NCBI GenBank assembly: GCA_021794075.1
Contig: JAJYRM010000004.1
Coordinates: 8,838 to 72,837 of the forward strand
Length of the DNA: 64,000 nt
Direction of reading: 5' to 3'
DNA from: Bacteroidota bacterium
GTDB taxonomy: Bacteria; Bacteroidota; Ignavibacteria; Kryptoniales; JAKASW01
Part shown: positions 17,378 through 26,806 of the stretch, in pieces
How positions within the stretch are numbered: position 1 is the stretch's first letter
How the letters are laid out: every line of letters starts with the position of its first letter
Notes under the pieces: model-generated
Told to the model about the DNA's origin: nothing
Seen by the model: only the letters and a program-made list of their open reading frames with translations
The model's database searches: none
Program-made: the position numbers and the translations under genes

Positions 17378-19228
17378 TCAAATTTCTGGCGCAGTTTGTT
17401 CCACTGTTACAATCCTGGCAGGATTGCTCCGCTTGTCGACTTTGCATCCCCTGAGCAGCGCGATATGATATGCGAGGAGCTGAAGCGGGACGATTGAGAG
17501 AATCGGAGCAAGCATGTCAAGCGTCTTCGGGATCCTGACTGTATATTTCGAGATTTTACGGACCCGGTCATCTTCCTCATCTATAACGGAGATCAAGCTG
17601 GCTCCGCGCGCCTTCACTTCCGCCATGTTTCTAACCACTTTTTCGTAAGTCGAGTCTCGAGGCGCGATGAAGATAACAGGCATACCATTTCTAACTGGCA
17701 TGGTCTGGATATTCCTCATTTCTGCCGCGGGAAATCCCTCGGCATGGATGCCCGAAATCTCTTTCAGCTCCATTGCCCCTTCCAGAGCTACGGGATAGTT
17801 GAAGCCGCGGCCGAGGTAAAGGAAGTTTTCCGAATCGGAGAAATCGTCAGCGATCTCGCGGATGTAGGGCTCAAGTTGGAGAGTTTCAGTCACGAGATCG
17901 GGTAGCCTGCATAGTTGTTTAGTGATCTCCAGCCATTCTTTGAATTCCAGTTCACACCCGCGGGTAATAGAAAGCGTGAGAAGCACGAGTGTAGCCATCT
18001 GTGATGTGAACGTCTGCGTGGAAACGCCACCCAATCCAGAGTCTGCATTTATAAATACGCCGGCATCACATTCACGGGCGATGGAGCTTCCGCCCGTGCT
18101 GTTGATTGCCAATGTCGCCGATCCTTTAGACCTGGCGATCCGGATCGCCGCCAGAGTGTCCAGGGTCTCACCGCTATGACTTATTGCCACTACCACATCT
18201 TCCTTTCCGACGACAGGGTTCCTGTCAGTGAAATCGGAAGAACGCTCCACGTCTACAGGTATCCTTAGGTACCTCTCGAGGACATACTTTCCGTACAGCG
18301 CGGAGTGCCATGAAGTTCCGGATCCTGTTACAACTATTCGTCTCGCTGAGAGCAATCTCGGCATAACGCGGAGGAGGCCGCCTGCGTTGGCGGTTTTATC
18401 CTCTTCGGATATACACCCTCGCAAGACATTGATAAGCGCGAAGGGCTGTTCGAAAATTTCTTTTTGCATGAAGTGATTGTAGCCGCCTCGCTGAATCTCT
18501 TCGGCCGACCGACTAACGTCATCCATGTCGAGATGTATTTCGGAATTTTCAAGTGTCCTGATGCTCACCCCTTCTCTCGTGATGAAGGCCGCCTGGCCGT
18601 CTGAGAGATGCACCACCTTCCCCGCATAAGGCACCAGAACAGCTTCATCGGAAGCCACAATAAATTGTCCCTCCCCCACACCGACCATAAGAGGGCTTCC
18701 CTTCCGGGCGGCGATCAGCAGGTCCGGAGAGCCGGAGTGCACGATGGCCAGAGCATATGTACCTTCCAGATCTGCGAGGGCAGCAAGAACTGCAGCTTCT
18801 ATCGTCTTGTTGTGCTTCGATTTTTCTTCGATTAAATGAGAGATCACCTCAGTATCCGTTTCCGATTTGAAAGAATGACCGAGCTCCGCTAATGATTCCC
18901 GGAGCGACGGAGAATTTTCGATGACGCCGTTGTGAACCATCGCTATAGATTGCGAACAGTCAAACTGAGGATGTGCGTTCTGAACCGAAGGGCCTCCATG
19001 TGTTCCCCAGCGCGTGTGAGCTATGCCGAGATCTGAGTCAGGTAGCCTTCCCACAACCGCACGCGCAAGGAATTCCACCTTTCCTGGACACTTGACACAG
19101 TGAATCTTCGAATTACTTACGACCGCGACTCCGGCCGAATCGTATCCGCGATACTCAAGATTGTAAAGTCCGTTCACAAGTATTGGTATGGCAATTCTGT
19201 TACCTATATATCCGACGATTCCGCACAT
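17378..19228 (-). CDS. Divergent GlmS paralog (glutamine amidotransferase + 2 SIS) with substituted isomerase catalytic residues
   Basis: 616 aa from MCGIVGYIG at 19228. Cys must be residue 1 after Met removal, so the 42-codon upstream extension in the ORF track is rejected. The glutaminase domain is intact. AMELKE, EMRNIQTMP and the C-terminus NPARIVTVEQTAPEI replace ALKLKE, EMKHGPIAL and NLAKSVTVE. Confidence 0.9.
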   Translation of the reverse strand: MCGIVGYIGNRIAIPILVNGLYNLEYRGYDSAGVAVVSNSKIHCVKCPGKVEFLARAVVGRLPDSDLGIAHTRWGTHGGPSVQNAHPQFDCSQSIAMVHNGVIENSPSLRESLAELGHSFKSETDTEVISHLIEEKSKHNKTIEAAVLAALADLEGTYALAIVHSGSPDLLIAARKGSPLMVGVGEGQFIVASDEAVLVPYAGKVVHLSDGQAAFITREGVSIRTLENSEIHLDMDDVSRSAEEIQRGGYNHFMQKEIFEQPFALINVLRGCISEEDKTANAGGLLRVMPRLLSARRIVVTGSGTSWHSALYGKYVLERYLRIPVDVERSSDFTDRNPVVGKEDVVVAISHSGETLDTLAAIRIARSKGSATLAINSTGGSSIARECDAGVFINADSGLGGVSTQTFTSQMATLVLLTLSITRGCELEFKEWLEITKQLCRLPDLVTETLQLEPYIREIADDFSDSENFLYLGRGFNYPVALEGAMELKEISGIHAEGFPAAEMRNIQTMPVRNGMPVIFIAPRDSTYEKVVRNMAEVKARGASLISVIDEEDDRVRKISKYTVRIPKTLDMLAPILSIVPLQLLAYHIALLRGCKVDKRSNPARIVTVEQTAPEI

Positions 19229-19540
19229 AAGGTTACCCTTCCGGTATTTATGAAAATCAGGTTTATGATGCCGCTCTAGCCGCTTCGCGTCAAGTGCGAA
19301 CAAAGGAAACACAGGGACGCTCTCCTGATCGTACGCGCCGCCGATTTGGCGCAATTAAATCATGGACACTTCCATGCTCTTTTTGACGCGGGACGTATCG
19401 CCTAACGCTCGGTGGATTCCACGACCGCTGATGCGGTTTCTCATGCTGATCTCCTGCAAACAGGCGCTCACTTAACCTTTCGTGAATTCCGCCAGTTCAG
19501 CATCACCAGGTCGTGGAGGAATGCTCTTCGAATCAAGTAG

Positions 19541-19556
19541 CTCAAGATGCGTGCCG
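19541..19556 (-). promoter_or_regulatory. sigma54-like -24/-12 element facing the divergent glmS paralog
   Basis: Minus-strand reading cGGCACGcatcTTGAG. It implies a leader of about 300 nt before ATG 19228. Confidence 0.45.
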
Positions 19557-19803
19557 CACCGGACGTTAATCCGAATCGGCTCGAAATAACACGCTACGTC
19601 GCATTAACGCGAACCAAAACGTGCCGCGGGCTTGAGATATATCTTTCGGTTGGCGATAGGACTGTTTCTCTATTACACATCGATCTTCCGCGATATGGTT
19701 CCGGTGTACACATAACCAGATTAACCGCCGCGAGGCGACTCTTTCAGAGCGGATAAAACGTCATCCGAGCCGACATTTTGCCAAAGGTCAATCATCCACG
19801 AAG

Positions 19804-19819
19804 CGGCACGTGCTTTGAG
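19804..19819 (+). promoter_or_regulatory. sigma54-like -24/-12 element facing the CelD-like/ComA-like-2 unit
   Basis: cGGCACGtgctTTGAG, ending 8 nt before the first ATG of the ORF (19828). Confidence 0.45.
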
Positions 19820-19827
19820 CGACTACC

Positions 19828-20886
19828 ATGGAAAACACCTTGCATCCAAGTCTTTCTAATGAAAAGGAGAGTGGCACATTGGTTATGTATGTTGGGCAGA
19901 ACTGCAGCGACTCCGGAGAATACTGGAGTTCCGTATCACTGTACGCGGGCGCAGACATGCCCGAAGGGATGTCGATTCGCATTATCGACAGCATTGCCGA
20001 TCTCATGGCAATGAAGGACAGATGGGAACGGCTGTATGCCCAATCTCCAGAAGACACCAGCCTTTCATTTCAGGGACTGCTGAACTTCTGGAACGAAGTA
20101 GGTCGGGACAATGGGTACTCTCTTCACATCCTTCTTGTCTATTACGGCGGCAAAGTTATCGGTGGGATTCCAATGTATGCCATAGATGGAAACACCGTAG
20201 GTCTCACGAACCGCAAGACACTGCGACTGATGAAAAGCGATCCGAACCTCTCCGGGCATCGAGTGTCGTCTGAGATAAATGAACCGCGGAATGGATTGAG
20301 CGTACTTGCCGCAGCGGAAAACGGGCCCGCCGTAGTAAATGCCCTGGCCAGTTAGGTGCGATACTCATTTAAAACTTGCGAAACAGTCCAATTAAACAAT
20401 ACAACTTCTGTTAGCACACTCCCGACGGAGTCAGCTTCGATGCTCATTTCAGAAGAGTTCGGCTTTCAAGGCGGACCGGCGCCTTACTCTATGCAAGGAC
20501 ACTTCATTTATCAAATAGAATTGGTTAAAGAAAGGTTCGTGTCGTTGATGGACTCTGCTTGGCGCTCAATGAAAAGGACCAGAGAAAGAACGGAAAGTCA
20601 CGCCATCACTAAACGTCACATGGGGGTAGTATCCAAAGGTTTGGAATTAATTAAGCTTGCTAGCACCGCATTCGCTCATACGATAAAGGAATTCTACCGA
20701 AAGCCGATGGCGGACAAAATAGTCGGACAGACATTGCGGCGGTTGGGGTCGGGCATGCCTATCACAGCTCAGATTGCCGGAGCTGTTCCAACGCAGCGCC
20801 GACAATTACTTCGATTTGGCAGAGGCAAGCAACTTGTCGGGCATGCCTCGTCGCGGAATCAACTCAAAGAAGTCGAATTTCCCTAA
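19828..20886 (+). pseudogene. CelD/BcsL (FemAB-like GNAT) homolog interrupted by an in-frame TAG and lacking the C-terminal GNAT half
   Basis: ORFs 19828-20355 and 20356-20886 are in the same frame, separated only by TAG 20353-20355. Similarity to the intact paralogs (40788, 42313) runs through the stop: ALLQNRNRLWDEVEFQNL vs ALAS*VRYSFKTCETVQLNN. Total 352 codons against 397-497 in the intact copies. Confidence 0.55.
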
Positions 20887-20972
20887 CGTCGATCAGCGGA
20901 CAATGTCGCCGCGCAAATCGCCAAATCATTACATTAACAAAATGGAAAAGTAAACAATGAGGAGGTCAACAG

Positions 20973-21785
20973 ATGAAATCCGTGAAGATAGAAAATACCG
21001 CCCCGACGGGTTCAGCGGTTGAGGAAATGGCGCCGTTAACTTCCGTATTCGATCCCGACTCCACACCTAAAGCGATGGAAGAGTGCCTTGAGAACTACTT
21101 CAACCGCATTTCGGCGATAAGAGTCCTTATCGGTCGCAACGAGCACCACAGGACCCTTTCGCCAAGGCAGGCCATACTCGCGGCGCGCCGCTACGGCATC
21201 CCAACAATTACTCGCGTCGAGTCATCAAGTTTGAAACTCACGAAAGATTTGCTTGCGATATATCTGGACCTCTGCGCCGAGACTGGAGTGAAGGGGATTC
21301 AATTCCGGAGTGAGAGTCTGCATCCGGATGTCAGGCCTCGGGAGGTTGTGTCGCTGGCGAACAGCCGAGAGCTGGACGTGCAATTTGAGATTGAAGACGC
21401 GCGCTTCATCCCGTCAATGGCGAGCGAGGCGATGGATGTATTGATCGGCAATGCCACTGAATGGCTGGACGCCGGCGCGATCAATTTAGCGGCCGATATG
21501 ACAATGGTACGTCCGGACTTGCAGATAGACCTTAACATCGATCTGGCGGAGTATCTGGCGGGCGCTTTCGGGCTACGCACGATAATATTCAAAGCATCCT
21601 TCGAGTCAGTACACCAGGAATTGTTCGCCACGTTCGGCGACGAAGTCCATATCGGCGAGGTTCCTTTTGATCGCGTAGCGGCAGTTGAGAGCATGCGCAT
21701 GAATGCCGTGACGACATTCGCGTTTCCGTCGGATAGTTCCGATTCGTATTCGCACTGGCGCTGGTCCGACAACAGGCAAGGATGA
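20973..21785 (+). CDS. ComA-like (phosphosulfolactate synthase family-like) TIM-barrel protein, paralog 2
   Basis: 270 aa. Collinear with 14514-15341: EEMAPLTSVFDP...RISAIRVLIGRNEH...TITRVES...IYLDLCAETGVKGIQFRSESLH..RPREVVSLANSRELDVQFEIED. GAGGAGG Shine-Dalgarno upstream. Confidence 0.6.
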   Translation: MKSVKIENTAPTGSAVEEMAPLTSVFDPDSTPKAMEECLENYFNRISAIRVLIGRNEHHRTLSPRQAILAARRYGIPTITRVESSSLKLTKDLLAIYLDLCAETGVKGIQFRSESLHPDVRPREVVSLANSRELDVQFEIEDARFIPSMASEAMDVLIGNATEWLDAGAINLAADMTMVRPDLQIDLNIDLAEYLAGAFGLRTIIFKASFESVHQELFATFGDEVHIGEVPFDRVAAVESMRMNAVTTFAFPSDSSDSYSHWRWSDNRQG

Positions 21786-22035
21786 ATTGGAAAAAGCAAA
21801 AGGATCGATTCCACTTGATTATTTCGGGTTGCAAACTTCGGGAAGAGAAGTATGCGTGCTACTCTAGCTCTGCTCGAGGGGAGATAACTGCATTCGCGAG
21901 TTCCAAATGGTACTCCGCCACGCGGCTTGAAGCCACCAATGTTTAATAATTCCATGGAAGATCAGTTATCGTTACTTACAGAAACTATTCTCCGCTTGAA
22001 GGAGGCGTGTGCATTCGAGGATGATTCATTGAAAG

Positions 22036-23481
22036 TCATTCGATTAAGACTAACTTCGTACTGGCCCTAAGTCTTCCCATCATCAGTGTGCAGATGTAAA
22101 CTCCGCTCGCGTGACCAAAACCGCTCCAGCTCAAATCGTGAGTGCCTGCCTGTATGTAGCCGGAATAAAGCGTGGCGACCCTTTGGCCGAGGACGTTATA
22201 TACCTCCACGTCAACATCCCCGGCAACGTTAATCACGAGAGGAATTGTAACGCTGCGACTAAAAGGATTCGGGTAAGGCTGTTGGAACTTCGCCGCAATG
22301 GGTGGCGGTGGCGTCGGGGGCAATGGCTTGGCTAAGAACTTGCTGAACTGTTGCTTGACTGTCTTCAAAAGCGGATATGTTCCATTCCCAGGATATCCCA
22401 TTCCCAGTTCGTAGAGAATTATTCCGCCGAGGCCTTTCTCTTTTATGTATTCGGCTTTAGCCGCGATGGAATTCGAATCGTCATATGAAATGAACAGCGC
22501 GTCGACGGGAAGGAGTGAAGGTATGCTTAGATAGCACGCCTCGGTCTTTGCATCCCAGTGGTAATACGACGAGCGATAATATTTCTGCATTATTCCCGTA
22601 GTATCGGGAGAATAGAGCGGTACATCATACTGGACCGACAGGAGTCCGTTAAGCAACTGACCAGGAAGATCTATCCCTTGCCACACGGTTCCTCCGAATT
22701 CGGCTCCTATCCCGAGCTTCGCGGCAGGTACCCCGGCGGCCTCGTATTTTCTTACCTCATCGTCAATAGAAGGGACGTATTCCTGGGTGCCGGGGAAAGT
22801 AATCCCGTCGTTGTATATAGGGCTGTTGAACCAACTTACCCAGCCGGGGAAATCGCCGGACATATCATAAGTCATTATGTTGATCTGGTCGAGATACTTC
22901 TGCGCGCTTGCCATGACCGTGCTGGACCCTGCGGTCGAAGTCAACGTATAATTCGGCCCGACCGAATCCCTGAGAGTTTTCACGAGTGCCACGAATTGCG
23001 AGTCATCCCCTTGACTGAGCGGTTCCCAATCGATGTCTATCCCGTTATACCCTCCGGCCCTGGCGAAGGTCACAAGGTTCGACACAAATTTGTTCAATAT
23101 CGCAGGCGCCGTGGCAGCCAGAAAATCTTTTTCGGTCGCCCAACCACCGATGCAAATCAAGACATTAGCCCCGGCGGCATGAGCGGCTTTAACGAGAGCG
23201 GCCCCTCCCTCCTTTGTGATATCGTTGTCGGCAGTGTCCAGGGTCCCATCCGGATTCGGAACGAGCGCGAAATAGACAACGTCGGTCATCGCGCTGAAAT
23301 CGACATCGGACACAGGGAGATATCCGTCGCTCCCTGTACCTAATTCCCATCCGCCATAATACGCGGTCACCCAATGTTGTTGCAACGGGCCGGCAATCAA
23401 CGGGACGCCGTTGAAGGGCATGACAATCAGCGCGGAGACTACCAGGCTCCAGCATAAGCACACTTCGATCTTCTTCATCAT
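22036..23481 (-). CDS. GH18 chitinase-like hydrolase with T9SS CTD (paralog 2)
   Basis: 481 aa. WVTAYYGGWE, CIGGW, YNGIDIDWE, MTYD, C-terminal PYPNPFSRS...STKLVLIE. Confidence 0.9.
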   Translation of the reverse strand: MMKKIEVCLCWSLVVSALIVMPFNGVPLIAGPLQQHWVTAYYGGWELGTGSDGYLPVSDVDFSAMTDVVYFALVPNPDGTLDTADNDITKEGGAALVKAAHAAGANVLICIGGWATEKDFLAATAPAILNKFVSNLVTFARAGGYNGIDIDWEPLSQGDDSQFVALVKTLRDSVGPNYTLTSTAGSSTVMASAQKYLDQINIMTYDMSGDFPGWVSWFNSPIYNDGITFPGTQEYVPSIDDEVRKYEAAGVPAAKLGIGAEFGGTVWQGIDLPGQLLNGLLSVQYDVPLYSPDTTGIMQKYYRSSYYHWDAKTEACYLSIPSLLPVDALFISYDDSNSIAAKAEYIKEKGLGGIILYELGMGYPGNGTYPLLKTVKQQFSKFLAKPLPPTPPPPIAAKFQQPYPNPFSRSVTIPLVINVAGDVDVEVYNVLGQRVATLYSGYIQAGTHDLSWSGFGHASGVYICTLMMGRLRASTKLVLIE

Positions 23482-23514
23482 TTACGAAGTACCAGCTCAT
23501 CCCAGCGAGAGAGG

Positions 23515-24786
23515 CTAATCACGCTGCCCTGCGCTCATCCTGATTTTTTTCATCCCATGGATCATCGAAAGCCGTTCAAGTGACTTGCCGAAAGCGTTGC
23601 CGGCCGCTTCCAGCAGAGGGTATTTCCCATCGCCGGGATATCCCCAGCCAAGCTCATACAAGATGATGCCGCCGAGTTTTTTCTTCTTCACATAGGCCGC
23701 CTTCGCCGCAATCGACGCCGAGTCATCATATGAAACAAACATATCGCCGGAATTTTGCCCCGCATGAATGCTTAGATAAGGCACCTTGGCGACCGGATCC
23801 CAATGTTCGTCAGACTTCGAATAGTATTTTTGCATTATTCCAGATCCATCGTGCCAGTAAAGCGGAACATCGAAGCGAACGGAAGGAGGAGATATCCATT
23901 TCTGGTCGGGCCTGGTCACTCCTTTCCCATCCATCATCACCCCTCCACGCCAAACTGCGCCGGCTAACTCCGCTCCGATACCGAGCTTTGAAGCCGGGAC
24001 ACCAGCGTCCGTGAATTTCTTGACGATGTTGTCGCACGCCGGTACCGGCTTCGACCAGCCTACAGTTATCCCGTCGTCATACAAGGCGCTGTTGTACCAT
24101 GTTACCCATCCATCCGATGGAAACGACAAGTCGTAAGTCATTAGATTTATTTCATCGAAATATTCGGACAACGAGGCCATTAGATTTTGAGACCCCGAAC
24201 TCGTGGCTGCGGTCAGGATGTACGGATGAGGTAGAGCCGCTCTTAATGCCTTCGTCAGATTTGCGTAAGCAGAAAAGTCGGAGTTGGTTAACGGCTCCCA
24301 GTCGATGTCCACGCCGTCGTAGTGACTTTTCCTCACGAACTTCACGATATTTCTCACGAAAGTGTCGAGTTCGGCTGGACGGGTCGCTCCTTCAAACAGC
24401 TTCTGAGTCTGCCAGCCACCTATCCCCATTATAACCGCAGTTCCTGCCGCGTGCGCCTCGCGTACCAGGGCGTTTGATCCCTCGCTGCTCATGTTGTCCG
24501 ACGTATCGATCGCGCCATTCGGGTAAGGAGTGAAGCCGAAATAGACCACGGCAGTCATGGAAGAGAAGTTGACTACGTTGATCGGAGGATTGCTGTTTGT
24601 GCCGTTGCCGACCTCCCAGCCGGGATAGTAACATGTGACCCAGTGTCGCGCCTGCGCGAAACAGTCGGACGCGGAAGATATGGAGAATATGACAGCGGCT
24701 GCCACGTACAACCATTGAATATTCGTTACCCGGCGTGCCGGGCTGCTCAGGCTATTCGAGCGTGAACATTCTGATCGATATTTCAT
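23515..24786 (-). CDS. GH18 chitinase-like hydrolase without T9SS CTD (paralog 3)
   Basis: 423 aa. WVTCYYPGWE, GIGGW, YDGVDIDWE, MTYD. It ends just after the catalytic domain, so no sorting domain. Confidence 0.85.
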   Translation of the reverse strand: MKYRSECSRSNSLSSPARRVTNIQWLYVAAAVIFSISSASDCFAQARHWVTCYYPGWEVGNGTNSNPPINVVNFSSMTAVVYFGFTPYPNGAIDTSDNMSSEGSNALVREAHAAGTAVIMGIGGWQTQKLFEGATRPAELDTFVRNIVKFVRKSHYDGVDIDWEPLTNSDFSAYANLTKALRAALPHPYILTAATSSGSQNLMASLSEYFDEINLMTYDLSFPSDGWVTWYNSALYDDGITVGWSKPVPACDNIVKKFTDAGVPASKLGIGAELAGAVWRGGVMMDGKGVTRPDQKWISPPSVRFDVPLYWHDGSGIMQKYYSKSDEHWDPVAKVPYLSIHAGQNSGDMFVSYDDSASIAAKAAYVKKKKLGGIILYELGWGYPGDGKYPLLEAAGNAFGKSLERLSMIHGMKKIRMSAGQRD

Positions 24787-24863
24787 CTGAAATAATCCTT
24801 TCGAGTTATAGTTGAGGCGATATCCATGTGGTCTAGATACGACCTCTTCCCTACTTGACCTTC

Positions 24864-26351
24864 TTATTTGAGAAGGACCATCTTTCTCATAATTGATACA
24901 TTATTTATACGCAAAGTGAATAGGTACACGCCGCTCGCGTCTCCGCTCCCGTTCCACTCCCTGGAGTACGAACCGGGCAAAAGGTAACTATCGATCAGGG
25001 TAGCGATTCTCTCCCCGAGAATATTGTAGATGTCGAGCGTGACGTGCGCCGGCGTGTCAATCCGGAATGAGATTGCGGTTACTGGATTAAATGGGTTGGG
25101 ATAGTTCTGATAAAGGCTTCCGAAAAGGCCTACATTACCGCTCGTGATCGGGACGTAGTACAGGAAGTCCGACTTGATCGACTGCAAAAGTGGATAAGAT
25201 CCATGCCCCGGATATCCCATCCCAAGCTCGTAAATAATGATTCCGCCGAGACCTTCCTTCCTGATGAATCGCGCCTTTGCTTCGATCGACGCTGAATCGT
25301 CATACGAAACGAAGCAAGCTGGTTTTCCCCGCTGCTGCGGAATGCTGAGATAACCAACTTGCGCCAGTGAGTCCCAGTGATAGTAATAAGGCTTGTAGTA
25401 ATGCTGCATTATTCCGGTGCTGTCATGTGAGTAAAGTGGCACATCATACATAACAGAATTGAGCGAAAATAGCGATTCGTCCGGTTCAGTTACGCCCGTC
25501 CAGACTGTCCCGCCAAGTTCCGCCCCGATACCGATTTTATCCGGAGCGACCCCCGCCTTTTCGAAGTTGTCAACGACCGCCTTAATGGAAGGGAGATGCG
25601 TCTTCAACCCCGGAAATTTCAGGCCGCCGTCGTAGACAGGCGAATTGAACCAAACGACCCATCCGCCTGTTGGAAAGGACATCTCATACGTCATAATATT
25701 TACTTGTTCAAAGTAATTCTGATCGAGTGACATAATCTTCTTATTACCGGGACTGCATGTTGTAGTTAGAAAATCAGCTTTTGAAATCGCCTTGAGAGAA
25801 TCGTGGAGCGCTCTGGCGAGTGCTGTGAAGGGATAGTAATCCTGAGCGTTGATTGGTTCCCAGTCGATGTCTATTCCGTCGAATTTATTTACCCTGACGA
25901 AGTCGATAAGATTTCGGACGAACTCGCTGAGGTGCCCGGTATCGGTAGCGCGCTCGAAGTCTGTTCCGCTTCCGGCTCCTCCGACGCATATCAACACTTT
26001 CGCGGAGGCGGAGTGCGCCGCGCGAATGAGTTTCTCCGTCCCTTCACTAGTGATTCCATTTGTGGATGTATCAATCGTGCCGTCGGCGTTCGGCACAAGA
26101 GCGAAATCTATAACATCGGTGAAGGCGGAAAAGTCGACATCAGAAACAGGGAGATAACCGTTCGAGCCGTTACCGAGTTCCCAGGCTCCGTAATAAGCCG
26201 TTACCCAATGAGCCGGCTCAGCGTCACAGAATTTCGGTACACATAAGAACGATGACATCATTACAGAAACCAATGAAATGAAAGCCCGCGCAAGATCGCT
26301 TCGCGCGAGCATGGATAAATAGGAATCGGAGCCAACTGATGGTGTATTCAA
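24864..26351 (-). CDS. GH18 chitinase-like hydrolase with T9SS CTD (paralog 4)
   Basis: 495 aa. WVTAYYGAWE, CVGGA, FDGIDIDWE, MTYE, CTD QNYPNPFNPVT...MRKMVLLK. Confidence 0.9.
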   Translation of the reverse strand: MNTPSVGSDSYLSMLARSDLARAFISLVSVMMSSFLCVPKFCDAEPAHWVTAYYGAWELGNGSNGYLPVSDVDFSAFTDVIDFALVPNADGTIDTSTNGITSEGTEKLIRAAHSASAKVLICVGGAGSGTDFERATDTGHLSEFVRNLIDFVRVNKFDGIDIDWEPINAQDYYPFTALARALHDSLKAISKADFLTTTCSPGNKKIMSLDQNYFEQVNIMTYEMSFPTGGWVVWFNSPVYDGGLKFPGLKTHLPSIKAVVDNFEKAGVAPDKIGIGAELGGTVWTGVTEPDESLFSLNSVMYDVPLYSHDSTGIMQHYYKPYYYHWDSLAQVGYLSIPQQRGKPACFVSYDDSASIEAKARFIRKEGLGGIIIYELGMGYPGHGSYPLLQSIKSDFLYYVPITSGNVGLFGSLYQNYPNPFNPVTAISFRIDTPAHVTLDIYNILGERIATLIDSYLLPGSYSREWNGSGDASGVYLFTLRINNVSIMRKMVLLK

Positions 26352-26712
26352 TTTCCGCTACTCCAATGCAATGTCGTTAGCAGGCCCCGATGGTGGTGAT
26401 GCCCAGCCTGCCATCGCCGGATTTCACTCCTGATCGAGTTTAAAACCAGTCGGTTCGGTCAAGCTGGGTGAACTTACCGTGGACCCGCCCTCGCGAGCCG
26501 TCCGATAACTTGGCGGCTTGTTCATGACGGCCCCTCCTTCGACTTGGCTCCGTGGGACCTGGCAAGAATATATCATCAATCCTCAGGCCGGAAGATTCTG
26601 ACGATTATTCATCGAATCGCTGCAGGCCGCGTATATATTTTACACGCTCATTCCGGAGAATTGGTTAGGTGGTACACATTTACGGCGAACGAGGCGGCTC
26701 GTCGGGAGGTAC

Positions 26713-26745
26713 AAAAAAAAGGTCGCCCCATTTCTGAGGGCGACC
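26713..26745 (-). terminator. Rho-independent terminator after the large GH18 gene
   Basis: Minus strand: GGTCGCCC-tcagaaat-GGGCGACC followed by T8 (plus-strand A8 at 26713-20). A second 7-bp hairpin (gctcggc/gccgagc, 26770-26790) lies between it and the stop codon. Confidence 0.75.
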
Positions 26746-26806
26746 CCGCGAACATTTCAATTTATGGCAGCTCGGCAGAGTGAGCCGAGCCTGTCTCATC
26801 GAGTCG

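Noticed and set aside
16885-17468. Small ORFs in the 556-bp spacer between the GlmS paralog and GH18 paralog 1 (16885-17097, 17042-17266, 17097-17468, 17153-17365).
   Set aside because: They overlap one another in different frames and have no Shine-Dalgarno, signal or family motifs. 17097-17468 runs into the glmS-paralog coding region. I treat the region as non-coding spacer and promoter.
19229-19354. The 42-codon N-terminal extension of the GlmS-paralog ORF (MRQIGGAY...).
   Set aside because: Ntn-amidotransferases need Cys as residue 1 after Met removal. The MCGIVGYIG at 19228 aligns exactly with the start of copy 1.
19229-19540. Possible glmS ribozyme in the long leader of the second GlmS gene. 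The hairpin GCGCC-N9-GGCGC at 19334-19354 resembles P1, and GACGCGAAGCGGC vaguely resembles the GACGAGG core.
   Set aside because: The conserved core strings I remember (AGCGCCAGAACU, GACGAGGA, CGGCGGAUGCC) are not present. Only about 125 nt remain between the hairpin and the ATG, too short for a full ribozyme, and the phylum is not a known host. It is worth an Infernal RF00234 scan, but I do not claim it.
21299-21955. A 218-aa minus-strand ORF overlapping ComA-like paralog 2, and similar antisense ORFs (12461-13084, 11782-12213, 41157-41696, 48867-49769, 49788-50489).
   Set aside because: Each is antisense to a gene with clear family motifs or a paralog. None has recognisable motifs of its own.
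26458-26474. Partial matches to the repeat arm: ggtcaagctgggtgaac here, and gctcaaacggcgtgtgac at 50141-50158.
   Set aside because: On the relevant strand they lack the GG dinucleotide (GTTCAC / GTCACAC instead of GGCAC) and have no partner arm. They are probably chance.
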